Positions 7,940 through 17,858 of a stretch of DNA of 64,000 bases are shown in pieces. Source of the stretch: an uncultured Pelagibacteraceae bacterium (GTDB lineage Bacteria; Pseudomonadota; Alphaproteobacteria; Pelagibacterales; Pelagibacteraceae); the NCBI GenBank assembly GCA_902514695.1, contig CABXRR010000002.1:1237-65236 (forward strand), written 5' to 3'. Within the stretch, counting starts at the first letter, position 1. Every line of letters begins with the position of its first letter. The notes under the pieces are model-generated. The model was not told the DNA's origin, ran no database searches, and saw only the letters and a list, made by a program, of their open reading frames with translations. The translations under genes and the position numbers were made by a program.

Positions 7940-10278
7940 TAAGATCTTACACGAGTTTTTTGAGGATCATAGTGAGGAAATCCAACTATCTTGGCTGGAA
8001 TTCTTTTTTGATGGCCATCAATTTTTCCAATTTCAACATCAGTACCTATTTCTGAATGACCAAAATCAATTCTACATAAAGCAATATTTTTTCCTAAAGT
8101 TGGGGATAAGCATGCACTAGTTACAACACCAATCTGGGATCTTCCAATATGAACACAATCTCCATGATTAGCTTTTTCTTTTCCAATAAGCTCCAAACCA
8201 ACTAATTTTTTTTGGGGATTTTCTTTTCTTTTAATTAAATTTTCTTTTCCAACAAAATTATCAGTTTTTGTTTTAAGAGGCACAGAGAAACCTATACCAG
8301 CTTCAAAAGGATCTTGTTGTCCATCAAACTCATTACCAAATAAAACAAGTCCCGCTTCAATCCTTAATAAATCTAAAGCAGCAAATCCTGCTGGTATCAA
8401 ACCTTCATTTTTTCCAGCTTCCATTATTTTATCCCAAACTTGAGAAGCATGATCAGGATGACACCAAACTTCAAAGCCTAGCTCACCCGTATAACCTGTT
8501 CTTGATACAATTAAGGGAATTCCATTTAATTCTTCTAATCTACAAATAGTAAATCTAAACCATTGCAATTCAGAAATTGTTGGTTGTGTAGGGGGAGTAA
8601 ATATTATTTTTTCTAAAATTTTTCTGCTATTTGGCCCCTGTACTGAAAGATTATTGATTTGATCTGTTGAATTTTTAATCACAACTTTTAAATTTTTTTT
8701 CTTAGCTTGCTCTTTTAACCATTCTCCAGCATACTCATCTCCACAAACCCACCTAAATCCTGTTTCACTTAATCTTAATAAAGTACCATCATCAAACATA
8801 GTACCGTTTTCATAACACATCGCTGAATATACAATCTGTCCAACGGAAAGTTTTTTAATATTTCTAGTTAATGTATAATTCATAAGCTCTTCAGCGTCTG
8901 GCCCTAAAATTTCAAATTTTCTAAGTGAAGACAAATCAATTACAACAGCCTTCTCTCTACATGCTGTATATTCATTGATTACACCATGTTTTGTGTAATC
9001 ATTTGGTAACCAAAAACCTCGAGCATCAACAAAGTTTCTTGTTAACTTTGAAGTTCTTTCATAGAAGCCAGTATTTCTTGTAAGTTTTTTTTCAGAGTCA
9101 GTTTTCATTCTAAAAGCAAAAGATTTTGTAAATTCTTTTTTTTTGTCATAAGTTCTAACAAATATATCTGTAGGATTCCATCCATTACAACTATCAATAT
9201 CACTTGGGCATGCGGTTGTACCACAAGTCAAATCCTTTAAAGCTCTAAAAATTACATAATCTCCTGGTCTGGCAAAAGACTCATCTGATAAAACAGAGTT
9301 TTGACCACCTGCAGAAGTATTAAAGAATAAGTTAATTGCATGCCAACCTTTTTTCTTTTGGACACCATATTTTTCCATAACTTCATTTAAATTATCAGAA
9401 CAATTAATATGGCCGAAATATCCTGCATCTTCATAATATTTAGATGTACAAGCTAAATTAAATGTATCATGAATACCTACTGTATCTCTAACTACTTCAA
9501 CTAATGGCTCATGGTCTACATCATAAAACTTTGAAAATAATCCTGGTCCAGGGAAAGTATGCCCCATAAAGGTCCTGGTTGTTTGCCAATCTAATCCGTT
9601 CTCTTTTCCTTTATCTAATTTAGAAGTATCATAAGCTACAAAATCAGAGCACTGTCTTCCAGTAGGAGTTATTATCTGTATATAATCTCCTTCTTTTACT
9701 TGATAAGAGTTGGCTGTTGTCCTAGCAATATTGATTTCGTTTGAAGGATCATAAACTGGATCTGGAATTATAGAAAATTCTTTATCTTTCTTTACTTCTG
9801 ATCTTTTAACCATTACAGTTAGCTCAGTTGATGGATTTTGTTCATGAACCATCATTTCCTCTCCTGGCGCAGCAATAATACAATAACATTTATCTTTCGA
9901 TTTTAATTTAATACTCTCACCAGCATTTGTTTCTTTATTGAAAATTATAGAAGATTTTGATTTCTCAATGTTTAAATTTCTTTTTTTTAATTGAAGTAAA
10001 GCCTGTAAAGATGTTTCATCTTTTTTAAAAAGAATTTTTTTTATTTCGGAATTATCTTTAATTTCTTTTAAACCTAAAATAGCAAGTTCAGATTTACCAT
10101 CTTTGTTAAAAACTGAAATTTCACAAACTTGATTACCTTCATTATTAATAATTTCTATTTCATCATCTGGTAAAAGTTGAATTCCTGTAAGTCCACCACC
10201 TTCAACTACATACCTTTCAACTCCAGGTGGTAGTGTATTCAAACCAGGCTCTTTAATATCTAAAGTAGTTAGGGCCAT
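7939..10278 (-). CDS. tdm: TMAO demethylase (DUF1989 + GcvT aminomethyltransferase fusion)
   Basis: GRQCSDF, HDTFNLAC, NCSDN, ACPSDIDSCNGWNPTDI in the DUF1989 part; SRTGYTGELGFE and LRIEAG in the GcvT part; divergent from tmoX. Confidence 0.85.
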   Translation of the reverse strand: MALTTLDIKEPGLNTLPPGVERYVVEGGGLTGIQLLPDDEIEIINNEGNQVCEISVFNKDGKSELAILGLKEIKDNSEIKKILFKKDETSLQALLQLKKRNLNIEKSKSSIIFNKETNAGESIKLKSKDKCYCIIAAPGEEMMVHEQNPSTELTVMVKRSEVKKDKEFSIIPDPVYDPSNEINIARTTANSYQVKEGDYIQIITPTGRQCSDFVAYDTSKLDKGKENGLDWQTTRTFMGHTFPGPGLFSKFYDVDHEPLVEVVRDTVGIHDTFNLACTSKYYEDAGYFGHINCSDNLNEVMEKYGVQKKKGWHAINLFFNTSAGGQNSVLSDESFARPGDYVIFRALKDLTCGTTACPSDIDSCNGWNPTDIFVRTYDKKKEFTKSFAFRMKTDSEKKLTRNTGFYERTSKLTRNFVDARGFWLPNDYTKHGVINEYTACREKAVVIDLSSLRKFEILGPDAEELMNYTLTRNIKKLSVGQIVYSAMCYENGTMFDDGTLLRLSETGFRWVCGDEYAGEWLKEQAKKKNLKVVIKNSTDQINNLSVQGPNSRKILEKIIFTPPTQPTISELQWFRFTICRLEELNGIPLIVSRTGYTGELGFEVWCHPDHASQVWDKIMEAGKNEGLIPAGFAALDLLRIEAGLVLFGNEFDGQQDPFEAGIGFSVPLKTKTDNFVGKENLIKRKENPQKKLVGLELIGKEKANHGDCVHIGRSQIGVVTSACLSPTLGKNIALCRIDFGHSEIGTDVEIGKIDGHQKRIPAKIVGFPHYDPQKTRVRS

Positions 10279-10319
10279 TTTTTAAAAATTTATTTTTATA
10301 TTATATAAATATCTATGTG

Positions 10320-10348
10320 TTGACTATCCTATAAGTAAAGCACATACT
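10320..10348 (+). promoter_or_regulatory. Sigma70 promoter of tmoX (TTGACT-17-CATACT)
   Basis: Near-consensus -35/-10 with exact 17-bp spacer; AGGAGG RBS at 10368-10373. Confidence 0.6.
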
Positions 10349-10377
10349 AATAAGATTAACTAGTACTAGGAGGAATA

Positions 10378-11343
10378 ATGAAAAACAAACTACCGTTAAT
10401 AATCGGTGCGATTGTTGTTATTGCGGGTCTTGTGTTCTTCATGGGTGGAGGAGACAAATCAGCAAAAAAATCAGGCGGCGATAGCGCAGAGCCTATAGTA
10501 ATTGCAACACATAACTGGTCAAGCCAAGTGGTTATGGCTCATGTTATTGGTGGAATTTTTGAGTCTATGGGTAACAATGTAAAATATGTACCAGCAGATT
10601 CACAAGCTGTATACGAATCAATTAGAATTGGTGACGTAACATTAGCACACGAAGTGTGGGAGTCAGCTTTTGGAAAATCTTTTGACACAGCAAGAGAAAA
10701 AGGTGGTGTATTAGATTGGGGTGATCACGAAGCAAGAACTATTGAAGATATGGGTTATCCAGATTGGGCAGCAAAATATTGCCCAGGTTTACCAGACTGG
10801 AATGCTTTAAAAAATCCAGACTGTGCTAAAAACTTTGCAACACCAGACTCTGGTGGTAAAGGACGTATGTTGGAAGGTCCTCAAAGTTGGCATGGAGATT
10901 TAATCCCTCAGAGAATAGAAGCTCTTGGATTAGGTGATTTATGGACTGTTAAGTTTGCTGGTGGTGCTGACGCATTATGGGCAGAACTTAAAGCTGCAGA
11001 AGCTGAAGGTAGAGGAACTATTATCTTTAACTGGACACCAAACTTTACTGATGGAAAAGGATTTACTTTTATCGATTTTCCACCGTACTATGATGGTTGC
11101 AGACCAGTTGATGGTGGTGATGGTAAATGTGGAGCTCCAGACGGTTATTTGAAAAAAGCCGTGAATGAGAACTTCCCAAAAACCCATCCAGCAGCCGCAG
11201 CTATGTATAAAAAGTTATCATTTAACACTAGTCAAATTGGAGCAATGGCTGCTTTAGTTGACGAAGATAAAATGTCTCACGAAGATGCTGCTAAAAAATG
11301 GTTAGCTGATAACGAGAGCGTTTGGAAGAAGTGGACTAATTAA
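10378..11343 (+). CDS. tmoX: TMAO/quaternary amine ABC transporter substrate-binding protein (OpuAC family)
   Basis: HNWSSQ, HEVWE, CPGLPDW, FNWTPNF motifs; N-terminal membrane anchor; adjacent to tdm. Confidence 0.85.
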   Translation: MKNKLPLIIGAIVVIAGLVFFMGGGDKSAKKSGGDSAEPIVIATHNWSSQVVMAHVIGGIFESMGNNVKYVPADSQAVYESIRIGDVTLAHEVWESAFGKSFDTAREKGGVLDWGDHEARTIEDMGYPDWAAKYCPGLPDWNALKNPDCAKNFATPDSGGKGRMLEGPQSWHGDLIPQRIEALGLGDLWTVKFAGGADALWAELKAAEAEGRGTIIFNWTPNFTDGKGFTFIDFPPYYDGCRPVDGGDGKCGAPDGYLKKAVNENFPKTHPAAAAMYKKLSFNTSQIGAMAALVDEDKMSHEDAAKKWLADNESVWKKWTN

Positions 11344-11374
11344 TCACTTTACTAAACGATATCTAAATTTAAAT

Positions 11375-11408
11375 TCTCCCCTAGTTTTGCTAGGGGAGAT
11401 TTTTTTTT
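11375..11408 (+). terminator. Rho-independent terminator after tmoX
   Basis: TCTCCCCTAG-ttttg-CTAGGGGAGA followed by T9. Confidence 0.85.
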
Positions 11409-11435
11409 AAATTTGATATATTTTATTACAAGAAA

Positions 11436-11813
11436 ATGAAAAAATTTTTAATATATCTCATTTTAAGTTTTATTATTTCAAGCCCAAGTTTTGCAAAGAA
11501 ATCAGGATGTACTGATGGTGATTGTAATAATGGATTCGGTACTTGGACTTATACAGACAAGACAACTTATGTTGGACAATGGGAAAATGGATCTAAAAAA
11601 GGAAAAGGTGTTGAGACTTGGCCAAACGGATATGTATATGAAGGTGAATTTAATGATAGCAAATGGCATGGTGAAGGAACTTTAAAATTTCCAGATGGAT
11701 CTTCTTATACAGGAGAATGGAAAAATAATAAGATGCACGGAAAAGGAGTGTTTAAATGGTCTGATGGAAAAGTAATCCAAGGTAAATGGAATGAAGGAGA
11801 TTATGTTAAATAG
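11436..11813 (+). CDS. Secreted MORN-repeat protein
   Basis: Signal peptide (SFA), CxxGxCxNGxG cap, about four YxGxWxNxxxxGxG repeats. Confidence 0.85.
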   Translation: MKKFLIYLILSFIISSPSFAKKSGCTDGDCNNGFGTWTYTDKTTYVGQWENGSKKGKGVETWPNGYVYEGEFNDSKWHGEGTLKFPDGSSYTGEWKNNKMHGKGVFKWSDGKVIQGKWNEGDYVK

Positions 11814-12327
11814 ATTAAATCAATTTCCAGACGGCATAAGAAGTTTAATAGGATTAACAAGCTTAACAGTTATAATTTTCTTCTCTTTTATAATACTAAA
11901 CATTTTTTTTGGACCTGACAAAGATGCAGAACTTAAAATAGCTGAACAAAAAAAAGTACAAGAAAAAGCTAATGAATTAATTGCGACTTTACCTAGAGGG
12001 GTTCTAACATTCTATAAGTCAGAAATAGGACAACAGTTATCATCGGATGAATATAAAATGATTTGCATTAATACAAAAATTATTACTCAAAGAGCTATTA
12101 TGGGTGCCAACATTGTTGATAACGATGCTTTTGATTTATACACAGCCAATGGCGGAACTACTGGAAAATATTCTGTTGAGTGGAATGATAGTAAAAATAA
12201 ATGTTTTGCTCAATTTACAGTCAAACCGCTATCGGGTTCATCTAAGTCTGTTACGGTTAAAGGAGAAGCTTTAGGTTTTTTAAAAACCAGTATTGATACA
12301 AGGGTTTATTTTATTAAGAATTTTTAA
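11791..12327 (+). CDS. Hypothetical membrane-anchored protein
   Basis: One N-terminal TM segment, two Cys in the soluble domain; true start may be the ATG at 11803. Confidence 0.65.
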   Translation: MKEIMLNRLNQFPDGIRSLIGLTSLTVIIFFSFIILNIFFGPDKDAELKIAEQKKVQEKANELIATLPRGVLTFYKSEIGQQLSSDEYKMICINTKIITQRAIMGANIVDNDAFDLYTANGGTTGKYSVEWNDSKNKCFAQFTVKPLSGSSKSVTVKGEALGFLKTSIDTRVYFIKNF

Positions 12328-12373
12328 TGGAGTATTTAATAATAATAATAGTATAAATATATAAAATATAATT

Positions 12374-13411
12374 ATGACATCAACACCAGTAATTAAATGT
12401 GATTCAGTTTTTAAAATATTTGGAGCTAATGCAGAAAAAATGCTTCAAAATTCAAATGGAAATGTTGATGCAAAAACTTTTCAAGATGCAGGTTGTATAG
12501 TAGGGGTTAATAACGCTTCTTTTGAAGTTTCCAAAGGTGAAATGTTAGTTGTTATGGGTTTATCGGGCTCTGGTAAATCAACTTTATTAAGATGTATTTC
12601 ACGATTAACTGATGCTACTGGTGGAAAGATTTATATTGAAGGACAAGATCTATTAGCAATGAATGATAAGCAGTTAATAGAATTAAGAAGAAGTAAAATG
12701 GGAATGGTCTTTCAAAGTTTTGCTTTGCTTCCCCATAAAACAGTATTAGAAAATATTGCGTTCCCACTTCAAGTTAAAGGTGGAGAAACTGATGACAGTA
12801 TTAAAAAAGCAATGGAGATGGTTGAACTAGTTGGGTTAAAAGGGAGAGAAAATTATTTTCCTAGAGAATTATCTGGAGGTCAACAACAGAGAGTGGGAAT
12901 TGCACGTTCATTAGCAGTTGAGCCCGATATATGGTTTTTAGATGAGCCATTTTCGGCTTTAGATCCGTTAATAAGAAAAGAAATGCAAGATGAGTTTTTA
13001 AGACTTCAAGGAGTACTAAATAAAACAATTCTTTTTATTACTCATGATTTTGATGAGGCTTTAAGACTCGCTGATAGAATAGCTATTATGAAAGATGGTT
13101 TGATAGAACAATTAGACACCCCAGCAAATATTGTTTTAAATCCTAAAACTGAATATGTAAGAAAATTTACAGAAGAAGTGCCAAGAGAAAAAGTGTTAAA
13201 GATAGAAGCAATAATGGAGACCGCTACAAATGACAAAGACTCAAATAATATAAGTGTTTCTAAAGATGCAATTATTGAAACTGTAGCAGAAAAAATATTG
13301 AGCCAAGAAAAACCAGCAAATGTTTTAGACGCAAATAATAATATCATTGGAAGCGTGAAGCCATCAAAGATAATACAAACAGTTTTTAGAACTGGAAAAG
13401 AAAAATCATAA
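12374..13411 (+). CDS. tmoW: TMAO/glycine betaine ABC transporter ATP-binding protein (ProV/OpuAA family)
   Basis: GLSGSGKST Walker A, LSGGQQQ, FLDEPFSALDP. Confidence 0.85.
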   Translation: MTSTPVIKCDSVFKIFGANAEKMLQNSNGNVDAKTFQDAGCIVGVNNASFEVSKGEMLVVMGLSGSGKSTLLRCISRLTDATGGKIYIEGQDLLAMNDKQLIELRRSKMGMVFQSFALLPHKTVLENIAFPLQVKGGETDDSIKKAMEMVELVGLKGRENYFPRELSGGQQQRVGIARSLAVEPDIWFLDEPFSALDPLIRKEMQDEFLRLQGVLNKTILFITHDFDEALRLADRIAIMKDGLIEQLDTPANIVLNPKTEYVRKFTEEVPREKVLKIEAIMETATNDKDSNNISVSKDAIIETVAEKILSQEKPANVLDANNNIIGSVKPSKIIQTVFRTGKEKS

Positions 13412-13416
13412 ATCTT

Positions 13417-15540
13417 ATGGAAATAATTAAAAAATACCCAAAAGCTATTCAATGGACTTTTTTATTAGCTGTCTTTTTTGGACTATGTTTTGCTATACAA
13501 GTACCAGAGGGATATGAATTTGCTAAAGCAGGAACTGAGTTTATTGATAAAGATAAACTAGATCAAACTAAGTATAGTGTTCTTTGGAGACTACCTGCTT
13601 TTATAGCTTGGATGCCAGGATGGATAAATGATTCAGTATACTTTTTATTAAATGAATGGTTTCCAATTGAATACTTTGACTCAAGTATTCAAGAAACTAA
13701 ATCTCGACCATTAGTTCTTCATATAACTAGATTAATTTCCAGCTCTATGCTTTTTCTGATTCAGTTCATTCGTGAAATATTAATTGGAGGTGTTGATACT
13801 ATTGTTGCGTTTACAAGTTGGGACTTTTTGAGTGCAAATCCTTGGGCTAAATTACCAGGTCTACCTTGGACAATAGTTGCTGGTGGAGCAATTTTGCTAG
13901 GCCATAAACTTAGTGGAAAAAATTTAGCAATATTCGCAGCCATAACAATGATTTTTATTTCTGCTTTTGGACAATGGAAACCATCAATGCAAACCTTGTC
14001 ATTTGTTTTGGTAGCCGCACCTATTTCTTTTGCTTTAGGTCTTGGATTCGGGATTTGGGCATATAAAAGCAAAAGAGTAGAAAATTTTTTAAATCCTCTT
14101 TTAAATGTTGCACAAACAATGCCTCATTATTCTTACCTTGTTCCGATAATGGTTTTATTTGGAATAGGTGATCATGCTGGAGCAATAGCAACAATTATTT
14201 TTGCCACACCACCAATGGTTAGACTAACTTTGTTAGGTTTAAGAAAAGTTTCACCTGAAGTTATTGAAGCAGGTAAAATGAGTGGGTGTACAGATTACCA
14301 GTTATTATCTGAAGTTTTAATTCCAACTGCAAGAAGAGATATTTTAATAGGTGTAAATCAAGTAATAATGCAATGTCTAGCGATGGCTGTAATAGCATCT
14401 TTCATAGGAGCTAAAGGTCTTGGCTGGAATTTATTGCTTGCATTAAATCAGTTGAGAATAGGTTTGGCACTTGAAGCTGGAGTCTGTATTACTTTAATAG
14501 CTGTTTTATTAGACAAGTTGTCATTAGCGTGGGCAAATAAGCAAAAAAACTATTTTGAAAATCCAACACCTTTTGAAAAAAATAAGTATCTTTATATATT
14601 TGGAGGAATTGTAGTTGTTGGTTATGTGTTTTCTTTTTTAGGAACTTTTTTATTTAAAGAAGGTTTTAACTATTTCTTTATTGTTCCACATAATAAAGGA
14701 ATTTCTACAGAAGCTTTCTGGAATGCAGGAGTAGATTGGGTTTTAGCAAATTTTTTTGATACACTCAAAATTTTTAATACATGGTTAATTGTAGACGTAT
14801 TAATACCAATGAAAAATGCTTTTCTAAGAATGCCTATAGTTGCTACATTTATTTTATTTATGGGAGCAGGTTACATAATCGGTGGAATTAGATCAGCGTT
14901 AGTAGTTGGAAGCTTTACTTTATTTATAGCTTTAACAGAATGGTGGGATAGAGCATTAATTACAATGTATATGGCAACCTTTGGAGTAATAGTATCTGGA
15001 ATTCTTGGAATAACAATCGGTACATTAAGTGCTCAAAACAAAACCAGCTCAAGAATTACATTAGGTGTGTGTGATACACTTCAAACTTTCCCATCTTTTG
15101 TTTATTTAATACCTGTTATTATGCTTTTTGGAGTTACAGATACATCAGTTTTAATTGCTGTTGTTGTTTATGCAACAATCCCTGCAACAAGATACACTAT
15201 AGAAGGCTTAAGGAGTGTGCCTTCAGCTTTACATGATGCTGGATCAATGTCAGGTGTAACCCGTTTACAGAGATGGTTAAAAATAGAATTACCACTTGCT
15301 TTTCCTCATATGATGTTAGGAATTAATCAAACAGTTGTTTTTGCTTTATTCATGGTAATCATTGGCGCTATGATTGGAACTACAGATTTAGGACAATATA
15401 TTTTAAAAGCACTTTCTGACAGACAAGGAACTGGTAATGGTTTAATGCTTGGTTTGTGTGTAGCATTTATAGGTCTTGCTGTAGATAATTTAATAAGAAC
15501 TTGGGCAGATCAAAGAAAAAAACTCTTAGGTTTAGATTAA
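13417..15540 (+). CDS. tmoV: TMAO/glycine betaine ABC transporter permease with two fused ProW-like domains
   Basis: Two copies of the QTxPxxxYLxP and EAA-like motifs in a 707-aa membrane protein. Confidence 0.85.
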   Translation: MEIIKKYPKAIQWTFLLAVFFGLCFAIQVPEGYEFAKAGTEFIDKDKLDQTKYSVLWRLPAFIAWMPGWINDSVYFLLNEWFPIEYFDSSIQETKSRPLVLHITRLISSSMLFLIQFIREILIGGVDTIVAFTSWDFLSANPWAKLPGLPWTIVAGGAILLGHKLSGKNLAIFAAITMIFISAFGQWKPSMQTLSFVLVAAPISFALGLGFGIWAYKSKRVENFLNPLLNVAQTMPHYSYLVPIMVLFGIGDHAGAIATIIFATPPMVRLTLLGLRKVSPEVIEAGKMSGCTDYQLLSEVLIPTARRDILIGVNQVIMQCLAMAVIASFIGAKGLGWNLLLALNQLRIGLALEAGVCITLIAVLLDKLSLAWANKQKNYFENPTPFEKNKYLYIFGGIVVVGYVFSFLGTFLFKEGFNYFFIVPHNKGISTEAFWNAGVDWVLANFFDTLKIFNTWLIVDVLIPMKNAFLRMPIVATFILFMGAGYIIGGIRSALVVGSFTLFIALTEWWDRALITMYMATFGVIVSGILGITIGTLSAQNKTSSRITLGVCDTLQTFPSFVYLIPVIMLFGVTDTSVLIAVVVYATIPATRYTIEGLRSVPSALHDAGSMSGVTRLQRWLKIELPLAFPHMMLGINQTVVFALFMVIIGAMIGTTDLGQYILKALSDRQGTGNGLMLGLCVAFIGLAVDNLIRTWADQRKKLLGLD

Positions 15541-15547
15541 ATAAAAT

Positions 15548-16513
15548 ATGAAAAAAATATTAGTTATTGGTGGTGGAGCCATGGGGTCAGCTTTCACTGT
15601 TCCTTGTATAGAAAACAATAATAAAGTTATTATAACAGAACCTTATAGTAGAATCTTTATTAAAGATCTTTCTTCAAAAAATAAATTTCACTCAGCTTTA
15701 AAGATAAATCTTCCAAAAAAGTTAAAATTTAAAAAATTTACTAAGGACTTATTAAAAGAAAAATTTGATTTAATTGTAATTGCTCTAAGCCTTTCAGGAA
15801 TTGATTTTATAGGTAATGTATTGGGAAATCTCAAAGTTAAAAGTCCAATTTTAGTTCTGACAAAAGGACTTAAATATGAAAAAAAGATTAATAAAATTTT
15901 AACTATTTCAGAACAATTAAAAAAAAACTACAAAGGAATGAATGTTTCTGTTTTAAAAGGGCCTTGTTTAGCAAAAGAATTAGCAAACAAAAATCAAACA
16001 AATATAGTAATTGCAAATAAAAATTTAAAAGTTGCTAAATCAATCGGTAAAATTATTTCAACAAAATACTATATTCCTGAATATTCCAAAGATATTATTG
16101 GTGTTGAAGTATGTTCAGCCATTAAGAATATTTACTCCATGATCATAGGAGCTGGTCAAAGTTTAAATTCTTCGTCAAATTTATTTCAAAAATCATTAAT
16201 AGAGATGAGATATTTAACTAAATATTTAAGAGGAAAAGATGAAACAATTTCAGGCCTAGCTGGTGTTGGTGATTTATACGTAAGTGCTGCAGGGGGAAGA
16301 AATAGTAAAATGGGAAGTTATTTAGGAAAAGGCTACACTTTTAAAAAAGCTAAAAAAAGATTTATGCCTAAAGACACTGTAGAGGGAGAACAACTTGTTA
16401 GAGAGATAGCACCCTACATATTGAACAAAATTGATAAAAAAAAAATTCCTTTAATGCTAAATTTGATTAAAGCTATTATCAAAAACAAAAAGCTAAAATT
16501 AAATTTTATTTAA
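15548..16513 (+). CDS. NAD(P)H-dependent glycerol-3-phosphate dehydrogenase family protein (divergent GpsA-like)
   Basis: GGGAMG, LTKGL, GPCLAKE, EVCSAIKN, GLAGVGDL..GGRN, VEG. Confidence 0.75.
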   Translation: MKKILVIGGGAMGSAFTVPCIENNNKVIITEPYSRIFIKDLSSKNKFHSALKINLPKKLKFKKFTKDLLKEKFDLIVIALSLSGIDFIGNVLGNLKVKSPILVLTKGLKYEKKINKILTISEQLKKNYKGMNVSVLKGPCLAKELANKNQTNIVIANKNLKVAKSIGKIISTKYYIPEYSKDIIGVEVCSAIKNIYSMIIGAGQSLNSSSNLFQKSLIEMRYLTKYLRGKDETISGLAGVGDLYVSAAGGRNSKMGSYLGKGYTFKKAKKRFMPKDTVEGEQLVREIAPYILNKIDKKKIPLMLNLIKAIIKNKKLKLNFI

Positions 16514-17858
16514 TTATTTTTTCTAATATATAAATAAACCTATTTTTATTAAACTCTAAGTTATGTATTTCCAAGATTTTAAAATCTTTTGCTATCAATT
16601 TCTCAAAATTTTCTTTTGTAAAATCCTTATATAGATTGATATTCACACTTGCTAACTCTAAAAATCTTTGGTCTTGATTTGTTACAAATTCAAGTACTAA
16701 ATTTTTTTTTGTTAAATTTGAAAGCAACGATATTATTTCGTTAAGTGGAATCCTATCTAAAATCATTAAATGATGGATAATTCCAAAAAAAATTACAGTA
16801 TCAAAATAATTTATATTTTTTTTTAAGTAACCAGTTGTTTCTTTATTTTTCCATCCAATACTTGGTGTTGGATTTGATATGTTCACATTTGCTACAGATA
16901 TATTTTTATCTCCTAAATTTTTTTGTATATGATTTATACAATCTTCATCTATGTCAATGCCATGACTTTCAGATGAATACTGAGAAGCTAAAAATAAAAA
17001 TTCACCAGTATTGCACCCAATATCTAAAACTTTTCCCTTATTTTCTTTTAAAAAATTTTTAATTATTTGTTTTTTTTTCGCAATATCATTATCAGAGTAA
17101 TGATCTCTTTTTTTTGAATAATTTGTCCAAAAAGATGACGATTTAGGCTCTAAAGATAATAACTTTTTTTTTAGTCTTTTAAGTATTGCTAAGAGTATCC
17201 TTTTATTAATATCAGGATTATCTTTTTTTTCTTTTTTTCTAATAATTTTTGTAGATTTTAAAATTGTTGGAGCAAAAATATATTCTAAATAAATTAATGA
17301 CTTAAGAATTCTAATGCCAAGTTTATTTCTTGCATCTCTTGGAAAAACACCATCTCTATATAAAAGAAAAAGTTTTGATGTAGGGATTTTTAATTCTTTA
17401 TTTAAGATTAATGGAATGATAAAATGTCTTATAAATTGACCATAACCCAACCATGTTTTTTGCTTATCCCATTTCTCAAAACTAGCCACATCGAGAAATA
17501 AAGGTTTACCATTTGAAAAAACTACATTCCAAGCAGATGCATCTTTCAACATATAATCATTTTTAAGTGACTCTATTGCAATATTTAAAGTTTGTATGCC
17601 TGACAAGAAAAGTTGATATGAAGACATTTCTGTAACTTCAGTAAAATTTTCAATTTTACTATGTGTCATTTCAATAAAATCTTCTTTATTAAAAATAACA
17701 GATTTTTGAACCCAATTTTTTTGAACCATCTCTTTGTAAAAGTTTTTTTCAAAAAGATCATTAAAAGAAGAAAAATCTTTTTTTTTAATTTTTCTAATTA
17801 TTTTGTTGTTCTCAATATATACTTCAGACAGTGGATCTCTGAAAGATATTCTTCTCAT
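16506..17858 (-). CDS. NoeA-like protein: N-terminal kinase-like segment plus C-terminal class I SAM methyltransferase
   Basis: SFRDP start, LKDASAWNV..PLFLDVASFE, W.GYGQF..HF..PL; C-terminal VLDIGCNTGEF, GIDID, IIHHL, LVLEF. Confidence 0.7.
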   Translation of the reverse strand: MRRISFRDPLSEVYIENNKIIRKIKKKDFSSFNDLFEKNFYKEMVQKNWVQKSVIFNKEDFIEMTHSKIENFTEVTEMSSYQLFLSGIQTLNIAIESLKNDYMLKDASAWNVVFSNGKPLFLDVASFEKWDKQKTWLGYGQFIRHFIIPLILNKELKIPTSKLFLLYRDGVFPRDARNKLGIRILKSLIYLEYIFAPTILKSTKIIRKKEKKDNPDINKRILLAILKRLKKKLLSLEPKSSSFWTNYSKKRDHYSDNDIAKKKQIIKNFLKENKGKVLDIGCNTGEFLFLASQYSSESHGIDIDEDCINHIQKNLGDKNISVANVNISNPTPSIGWKNKETTGYLKKNINYFDTVIFFGIIHHLMILDRIPLNEIISLLSNLTKKNLVLEFVTNQDQRFLELASVNINLYKDFTKENFEKLIAKDFKILEIHNLEFNKNRFIYILEKIIK

